A DNA stretch of 64,000 nucleotides from an uncultured Spirochaetota bacterium (GTDB lineage Bacteria > Spirochaetota > Brevinematia > Brevinematales > JAOACQ01), in assembly GCA_963768055.1 (NCBI GenBank), contig CAVYGN010000001.1, forward strand, positions 192,001 through 256,000, read 5' to 3'. Of this stretch, positions 57,976 to 64,000 are shown piece after piece (the stretch's first letter is position 1; each line of letters starts with the position of its first letter). The notes below the pieces were generated by a model. The model saw only the letters and a program-made list of their open reading frames with translations. It did no database searches and was not told the origin of the DNA. Made by a program: the position numbers and the translations under genes.

Positions 57976-60285
57976 TTAACAGGGCTCAATCCGCTGGCCG
58001 GCTTTTTTTTTCATCTTATCCTTATACAGCTCGCTGTCGGCGATCGCCATAATTTCGCTGAAGGTCAGAGGGTTCTTATGATCGAATTCAGCGGCGCCGA
58101 TGCTTATCGAGAGTTTATAAGGCTTCCCGCTCTTAAGATTGAATTCGTTAAGATTTTTACACAGCTTGTTTTTGATAAGGTCCAGATTCTCGCTGTAAGA
58201 ATCTATGACGATTACCGTAAACTCATCGCCGCCCATGCGTGCGACAATATCGGACTTTCTCAGGCAGTCATGAAATATTTGAGAAGTCGCCTTAAGCGCT
58301 AAGTCGCCTTCCTTATGTCCGTAATTATCGTTGATCGGTTTTAAACCGTCCATATCCGCGAAAAACACAAGGAAGTTTTTCTTATTCCTTATGGCCAGTT
58401 TTAACTGCTGTTCTCCAAGCTGAATGAATCCCCTCCTGTTGTATAATCCGGTCAATTCGTCCTTTAGAGAGAGATTGTAGAGGTTGTCGTTAATTTGTTT
58501 AAGTTCATCCAGGGTATCGCTTAATTTTTTCTCGGTCTTTTTCTGGTCCTTGAATATAAGCGCCCCTTTTATCGAGCTCGATATCTGGCCGCTTAATGTC
58601 GAATAGACAAGCCCTTTCGCAGTATCGGAATCGAAGATGATAAAGCCGAATATTTCATTGCCGAAAAAGAGGCTTTCGATAAGGAGGCTGTATCTTTTTC
58701 CTTTAACTCGCAGGGTTTCCGGCAGTAATTCAGAGGAAATGTACATCCTGTCGCTGTCGCCTATTTCTATAGGTCCATTATTATAGGCAAATATCAATCT
58801 TGCCCATTCCAGGGGATCTTTATCTTTCGAGGAATAATTTTGGGGTTTATCGAAAAAGGATATATAGCATGAATTAATGCCGAGGGATGGAAGCTCCTTT
58901 TCTATCGTATACATCAATTTGTCGATGTCGAACATTGTGATCAGCGTCTGGCTGATGCGGTATAAAATGGTCGCCTGTTTTTCCCCCATTACACGCTGGT
59001 ATAATGTCCTGCGCTTGACAGTTTCGCCGATCAGGATGGTTGAAGAATACCAGATATCGGAAGCCTTGTCCCTGGTCTCGTAATCCGTCATTAAAAACTG
59101 GGTCTGCGCTTTAAGTGACGCCAGGATTCCATGCCAGACCGAGATATCCATTTCATCGCTCGCGGATTCGCTTAATATGTCATTCAGGGTATTCAGGAAA
59201 ACATTTTCCCCTTCTTTAGCATTAAAAAGCTGTCCGGTAAAGGCTGACAGGAGCCTTTCGACCCGGATTTTAATTTTCCTTGTATTAAGACCAGCCGCTT
59301 TTACCGATTTCAGGGCTTCGCTTATTATATACTCTTTATGTTTTTTCAAGGCTATCCTGATTTCTTCGATGGTTAATACGGGAATGTCTGCTTGAATTTC
59401 AGTTTGTACGTAATCCGTGCATCCGCACGAATGCCTGATTATTATATCTGTTTCAGGAGTTTTGGCGGACGGTATTGAAACCCCTGCTATTTTTGCCATT
59501 ATCATATCGACTGCAATTTCACCTAATTTCTCAGTAGGCTGCTTTACAGTGGTAAGGGGCGGGTCGAACGCGTTAGCCTCTTCAATATCGTCGAAACCGG
59601 TAACTGCTATCCGTCCGGGTACCGGTATTTTTCTCCTTTTTAATTCCGATATGACCCCGAAAGCCATATTATCATTTGCGCAGACTATTGCGTCAGGCTT
59701 TTTTTTATTTTCATCGAAGATTTTCCTGACGGCATCGATTCCGGAGGGTTGAAGAAAATCCCCAACGGCGACAAGGCTCTCGTCGTAAATTATGCCGTTA
59801 TTTTCAAGCGCGTCCCGATAAGCGCGAAACCTTTCATCAGCCTCGGGGATGCCCTCCGGGCCTCGTACGAAAGCTATGCTTCTATACCCATGTGTTTTGA
59901 CGAGGTGTTCGGTGAGTTTCTTTATGCCGTCGTAATTCTCCACGTAGATGCTCGGTATTTTATCCAGCGGAGTGCCTATGCTGATCGTGGGTATAGGACT
60001 GAAATTTTTATGAAATTCATAAAGCTTTTCTATGCTTGTGTATGAACCGATCGAACCGGTAATAATAAGGCCGTTTATGTCCTTCCTGCCTATCAGTTGG
60101 TAGATATTATTCCGCTGGTATTCAAATTCATTATTCGGCGAATACTCGAGGGTGCCTCCGACAAAGCATATCAGGTTTGTCTTATGTTTTTTAGAGCCTT
60201 TGACAACCCCTTCCCAGATAGATGTCTGGTAATTGCCGAAGCTTACAACATTATCGATCAGGAAACCTAGAGTTATGACACCCAT
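57976..60285 (-). CDS. Diguanylate cyclase with N-terminal LacI-type sugar-binding domain
   Basis: AIVCANDNMA, VTGFDD, PPLTTVKQP; RMGGDEF. Confidence 0.9.
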   Translation of the reverse strand: MGVITLGFLIDNVVSFGNYQTSIWEGVVKGSKKHKTNLICFVGGTLEYSPNNEFEYQRNNIYQLIGRKDINGLIITGSIGSYTSIEKLYEFHKNFSPIPTISIGTPLDKIPSIYVENYDGIKKLTEHLVKTHGYRSIAFVRGPEGIPEADERFRAYRDALENNGIIYDESLVAVGDFLQPSGIDAVRKIFDENKKKPDAIVCANDNMAFGVISELKRRKIPVPGRIAVTGFDDIEEANAFDPPLTTVKQPTEKLGEIAVDMIMAKIAGVSIPSAKTPETDIIIRHSCGCTDYVQTEIQADIPVLTIEEIRIALKKHKEYIISEALKSVKAAGLNTRKIKIRVERLLSAFTGQLFNAKEGENVFLNTLNDILSESASDEMDISVWHGILASLKAQTQFLMTDYETRDKASDIWYSSTILIGETVKRRTLYQRVMGEKQATILYRISQTLITMFDIDKLMYTIEKELPSLGINSCYISFFDKPQNYSSKDKDPLEWARLIFAYNNGPIEIGDSDRMYISSELLPETLRVKGKRYSLLIESLFFGNEIFGFIIFDSDTAKGLVYSTLSGQISSSIKGALIFKDQKKTEKKLSDTLDELKQINDNLYNLSLKDELTGLYNRRGFIQLGEQQLKLAIRNKKNFLVFFADMDGLKPINDNYGHKEGDLALKATSQIFHDCLRKSDIVARMGGDEFTVIVIDSYSENLDLIKNKLCKNLNEFNLKSGKPYKLSISIGAAEFDHKNPLTFSEIMAIADSELYKDKMKKKAGQRIEPC

Positions 60286-60475
60286 AAATACCCCATCACA
60301 ATATTTTACCGTTTTATCGGAAATTTTACAATTGCGGAAGTGAAAAATAATTTGTAGCTTTTCAAACTCAGGCTGAATCAAATTAGGGCTGTAACAATGA
60401 ATTTATTGTGTTTTTTTTAGAATTGGAATAAACTTTTTCGGGTTTGGGGTAACATTTTTTTATTCGGAGATATTT

Positions 60476-62434
60476 ATGGGGTTTATTAAACGCCTGAATA
60501 TCGGTCTTATGATAGATGATCTTGACGGGGAATACCAGCGGACTATATGGGCAGGCATAGAAGAAACCGCTAAAAGAGCCGACGCAAATGTCATTTGTTT
60601 CGCAGGCGGCGAGATCGAAGCCCCTTACGAATACAGATATCTGCACAATGAGGCATACGGCCTTATTTCACCTGAAAACATCGACGGGCTTATCGTAGCG
60701 TCGACCGTGATGGCCACATACAGCGGGAATGAAAAGCTGAGGGAGTACTGCAGAAGGTTCGAACCCCTTCCAATGGTAAGTCTCGGCTTCAAACTGCCCG
60801 GCATGACCTCCATTGCCATTGAAAGTCAGGAAGGAATGTCGGAAGTGATGGACCATCTGATTGAACTCCATGGCTTCAGGAAATTCATATTCCTGGCAGG
60901 ACCTTCTTCAAATGAAGACGCTTCCAACAGGCAAAGGCTTTTCAAAGAAGCCCTGTCTTCGCATGGGATAGAAATTAATGACAATATGATTAAACAGGCC
61001 GGTTTCCGATCCAGCCTTGCCTTCGAGGTAGTTGGTGAACTTCTTCGGCAAGGGCATGATTTTGAGGCGATAGTGGCCGCGAACGATGATATGGCACAGG
61101 GAGCAATGAAAGCCCTCGAGGCGGGAAATATAGTTTTACCCGACCAGGTTTCGGTTACCGGTTTCGACGATATAGACAGTTCAAGGTTCATGATACTGCC
61201 GCTGACGACAGTCCGCCAGCCTACCTTTGAAATGTCGAAAAGGGCCGCCGAGCTCCTGTTGAAAAAAATAAATGGGGAAAACTGCCCGGACCTCGAATTG
61301 TTCAAGACCAAGTTAGTAATACGCCGCTCCTGCGGATGCTTTTCACATGAGACGTCCGAAGCTGCGATCCCCGGAGGGGGCGGAGGGGAGGCAGATTTTT
61401 TCAAAATCAAAACATCGATCATATCTGAAATACGGGAAATCTATTCCCCCTTCGGCACTCCGATACCGAAATCCGAACTGCTCAACCAGGTCCTTGACGC
61501 TTTTAAAGCCGCATTATCCGGCGAAACCACTAAGAACACATTCCTGCTTATTCTTGACAGGACGCTGAGGCAGTCATCCATCGAGGGCGTCGGCGATACT
61601 GTCTGGGAGCATTTTATATCCATTACAAGGAAGAACGTGATACCGAATTATTACGGCCGGACCGAAACGCTGATCAAGGCTGAAAACATGCTGCACCAGT
61701 CGAGAATTTTAATTAAGGATATGGCCAATCAGATCCAGTCGAATATAAGGTTCCAGGCGGCTGAAAGCGCGAAGACGCTTCAATATGTTATAGATACTTT
61801 GATCGGTTCATTCGACTTACCGACGCTGCTCAAAAACCTTGCGGGGGAATTGCCGAAGATAGGCATAAAAATCTGTTATCTATCACTGCATGCCTCGGAA
61901 GATAAAAAATTTAAAGAAGCCAGGCTTTTATTGGGTTTCAATGAAAAAGGAAGAATAAGTCTGGATGACAAGGGCTATTTTTACCGTGCGGATCAGCTTT
62001 TCCCGCGAGATTTATTGGATCATGAAATAAGATACAATTTCATTGTTGAAACACTTGTATTCAAAACAGAACAGCTCGGTTTCATCATTTTTGAGTTCAA
62101 TCCCCATGCGGGGATCTCGAGCCTGGCTTTAAGCGAATTGATCAGGAGCGCGCTCAAGGCTTCAATGATGGTCCAGGAAATACTCGAAAAGGATAAGGAG
62201 TTGTCCACCCTGGACCGGTTGAAAAAAGATTTCATAGCTAACATAACCCATGATTTCAGGTCGCATGTTACAGTGATTATGAACTCTGCCGAACTTGGCC
62301 GTAGTTACGATAATCCTGAGAATTTCGGCGAAGTCCTGAAAAGGTACGAAACTATCTATAATGCAGCTGTAAAGGTTAAAATGACTATAGACAGGCTGCT
62401 GGAACTGGCGAGCATGGACGTCAAAAACATCTGA
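60476..62434 (+). CDS. LacI-type sensor with HisKA, truncated before the HATPase domain (probable pseudogene)
   Basis: AANDDMA, TGFDD, PLTTVRQP; FIANITHDFRS H-box, then stop. Confidence 0.75.
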   Translation: MGFIKRLNIGLMIDDLDGEYQRTIWAGIEETAKRADANVICFAGGEIEAPYEYRYLHNEAYGLISPENIDGLIVASTVMATYSGNEKLREYCRRFEPLPMVSLGFKLPGMTSIAIESQEGMSEVMDHLIELHGFRKFIFLAGPSSNEDASNRQRLFKEALSSHGIEINDNMIKQAGFRSSLAFEVVGELLRQGHDFEAIVAANDDMAQGAMKALEAGNIVLPDQVSVTGFDDIDSSRFMILPLTTVRQPTFEMSKRAAELLLKKINGENCPDLELFKTKLVIRRSCGCFSHETSEAAIPGGGGGEADFFKIKTSIISEIREIYSPFGTPIPKSELLNQVLDAFKAALSGETTKNTFLLILDRTLRQSSIEGVGDTVWEHFISITRKNVIPNYYGRTETLIKAENMLHQSRILIKDMANQIQSNIRFQAAESAKTLQYVIDTLIGSFDLPTLLKNLAGELPKIGIKICYLSLHASEDKKFKEARLLLGFNEKGRISLDDKGYFYRADQLFPRDLLDHEIRYNFIVETLVFKTEQLGFIIFEFNPHAGISSLALSELIRSALKASMMVQEILEKDKELSTLDRLKKDFIANITHDFRSHVTVIMNSAELGRSYDNPENFGEVLKRYETIYNAAVKVKMTIDRLLELASMDVKNI

Positions 62435-62791
62435 TAGCCGGCTTTATTTAAACACGAGCATCGTGGAAGTCTTTTATTGACGATCGTATCGATGAGCTTT
62501 TTTGCTTCCCCCTTCATAAACCATCCTCCTTTAAAGGCTGAAAAAATTTTAAATATACCAACAATTATTACCTTCGGCAAGGCATAAAAATATTTTTTTT
62601 ATACTAAAATAATATCTATCGGTGTGCCGTCTTATTAAGCAATATTGCCTGTTTATTAATCAATATTTATCCCAATGATTAAAAATTAGATGTCGTATTG
62701 ATTTTAAAAAATGACGCCCTGCAGGCCTTTAATTCAATAAATTCAGGCACATGCCCCTTGTATGATCCCGTCCGGAAGGTAAATGAAATAT

Positions 62792-62806
62792 TGGTATATA
62801 TCTTGC
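62792..62806 (+). promoter_or_regulatory. Putative sigma54 -24/-12 promoter of amtB
   Basis: TGGTAT-ATATC-TTGC (GG-N10-GC). Confidence 0.55.
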
Positions 62807-62862
62807 CGGAGGGTCTGAAAGAAGAAAGAAAAAAGAAGACAGAAAGAAGAAGGGAGGTATTT

Positions 62863-64000
62863 ATGTTTAAGAGATTCATGTGTATCTTGCCGGTGCTGAT
62901 GCTGCCTGCTGTGATTTTCGCGCAGGATAAAGGCGCAGCTCAGATCAATCCGGGCGATTCCGCCTGGCTGCTTACATCGAGCGCACTGGTGCTGCTTATG
63001 ACAATGCCGGGTCTCGCGCTCTTTTACGGCGGTATGGTCAGGAAAAAGAACATTCTCTCTACAATGTATTACAGTTTTGCCGCTGCTGTAATAGTCAGCG
63101 CCCTCTGGGTTATCGTTCAATACAGTCTGTCATTTGGCGGGGACACAGGCGGAATAATAGGCAACCTTGATAAGATCTTTTTCAAGGGTGTAACCCGTAA
63201 CAGTGTTTGGGGCGGGGGCGCCATTCCCGAGCTGGTTTTTGCCGCTTTTCAGCTTATGTTCGCGATCATCACGGTTGCGCTTATATCCGGGGCCCTGGTT
63301 GAAAGATTGAATTTCGGGGCATGGACCGTGTTTATCATCCTATGGACGCTGATCGTTTATACGCCGCTGGCCCACTGGGTCTGGGGAGGCGGATGGCTTT
63401 CAAGGCTTGGAGATTTTTTAGGGGCTCCCGGGCTCGGCACTCTTGATTTCGCCGGCGGGCTCGTGGTCCATCTTTCATCCGGAATTTCTGCACTCGTAGC
63501 GGTCCTGTATCTCGGGGAAAGGGCCAATTTCAAAAAAGACCCAGTCATGCCCAACAGCATAACCATGACTTTTATCGGCGCCGGCCTGTTATGGTTCGGC
63601 TGGTTCGGTTTCAATGCCGGCAGCGCGTTGTCAGCAGGCGGATTGGCCGGCAGCGCTTTTATGGCGACCAATACGGCAGCCGCTTTCGGGGCGATTACCT
63701 GGATGCTGATCGAATGGATAAGAATTAAAAAACCCAGTGTTATCGGCGGAACAAGCGGACTTGTGGCCGGACTTGCGACAATCACGCCTGCGGCAGGTTT
63801 TGTCGATATACCGGGGGCGATAATAATCGGCATACTTGCCGGATTATTTACATATTTCTTCGTAGCTATAGTTAAAAAAGCCTTAGGATACGATGATTCC
63901 CTCGATGCCTTCGGCATCCATGGAGTAAGCGGCACATTGGGATTACTTCTTACAGGACTTCTTGCAAATCCGTTAGTGGGCGGGGCTGCAGGCTTGTTTT
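62863..64000 (+). CDS. amtB: Ammonium transporter, 3'-partial
   Basis: GGAGG RBS; MFKRF...GDSAWLLTSSALVLLMTMPGLALFYGGMVRKKN, DFAGG.VVH, WFGWFGFNAG, DDSLDAFGIHG; missed by the ORF track because it has no stop in the window. Confidence 0.95.
   Translation, partial: MFKRFMCILPVLMLPAVIFAQDKGAAQINPGDSAWLLTSSALVLLMTMPGLALFYGGMVRKKNILSTMYYSFAAAVIVSALWVIVQYSLSFGGDTGGIIGNLDKIFFKGVTRNSVWGGGAIPELVFAAFQLMFAIITVALISGALVERLNFGAWTVFIILWTLIVYTPLAHWVWGGGWLSRLGDFLGAPGLGTLDFAGGLVVHLSSGISALVAVLYLGERANFKKDPVMPNSITMTFIGAGLLWFGWFGFNAGSALSAGGLAGSAFMATNTAAAFGAITWMLIEWIRIKKPSVIGGTSGLVAGLATITPAAGFVDIPGAIIIGILAGLFTYFFVAIVKKALGYDDSLDAFGIHGVSGTLGLLLTGLLANPLVGGAAGLF

Noticed and set aside
62746..62762. GGCAC...TTG as a sigma54 promoter
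   Set aside because: Spacing is off by 2 nt and there is no -12 GC; the motif at 62792 fits better.
63357..63935. 192-aa minus-strand ORF
   Set aside because: Antisense shadow of amtB.

Overview
Bacterial chromosomal window; the spirochaete-like lipoboxes and tRNA set hint at a spirochaete, but taxonomy cannot be established from sequence alone. It opens with core genes: an 8-tRNA cluster interrupted by tig, then clpB. About 55 kb of accessory loci follow: a two-kinase signalling operon, a deleted IS, membrane-bound LuxR regulators with an odd sugar-ABC/acyltransferase/AGE-epimerase locus, a LolA/LolCDE-like exporter, ku-ligD (NHEJ), a c-di-GMP/partner-switching operon, a BcrAB-like ABC system, duplicated lipoproteins with a papain-like peptidase, LacI-sensor signalling proteins and the start of amtB. 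The standout is a ~12.3 kb RiPP-type gene cluster (29152-41415). Its 49-aa precursor, missed by the ORF track (29446-29595; MQKTEEKALKTLSYVKPKTKKHKPVDIVKGSGSLYYYSLYYTYYYYYYY), has a lasso-like YxxP leader and 12 Tyr in its last 15 residues. It is accompanied by a stand-alone RRE, four intact and two degenerate radical SAM/SPASM-type proteins, a B12-dependent radical SAM, a lasso-B2-type peptidase, an ABC exporter, a nucleotidyltransferase and an HPr-kinase-like protein, but no lasso cyclase. This looks like a candidate new poly-tyrosine RiPP class. All family assignments come from motif recognition, not database searches.
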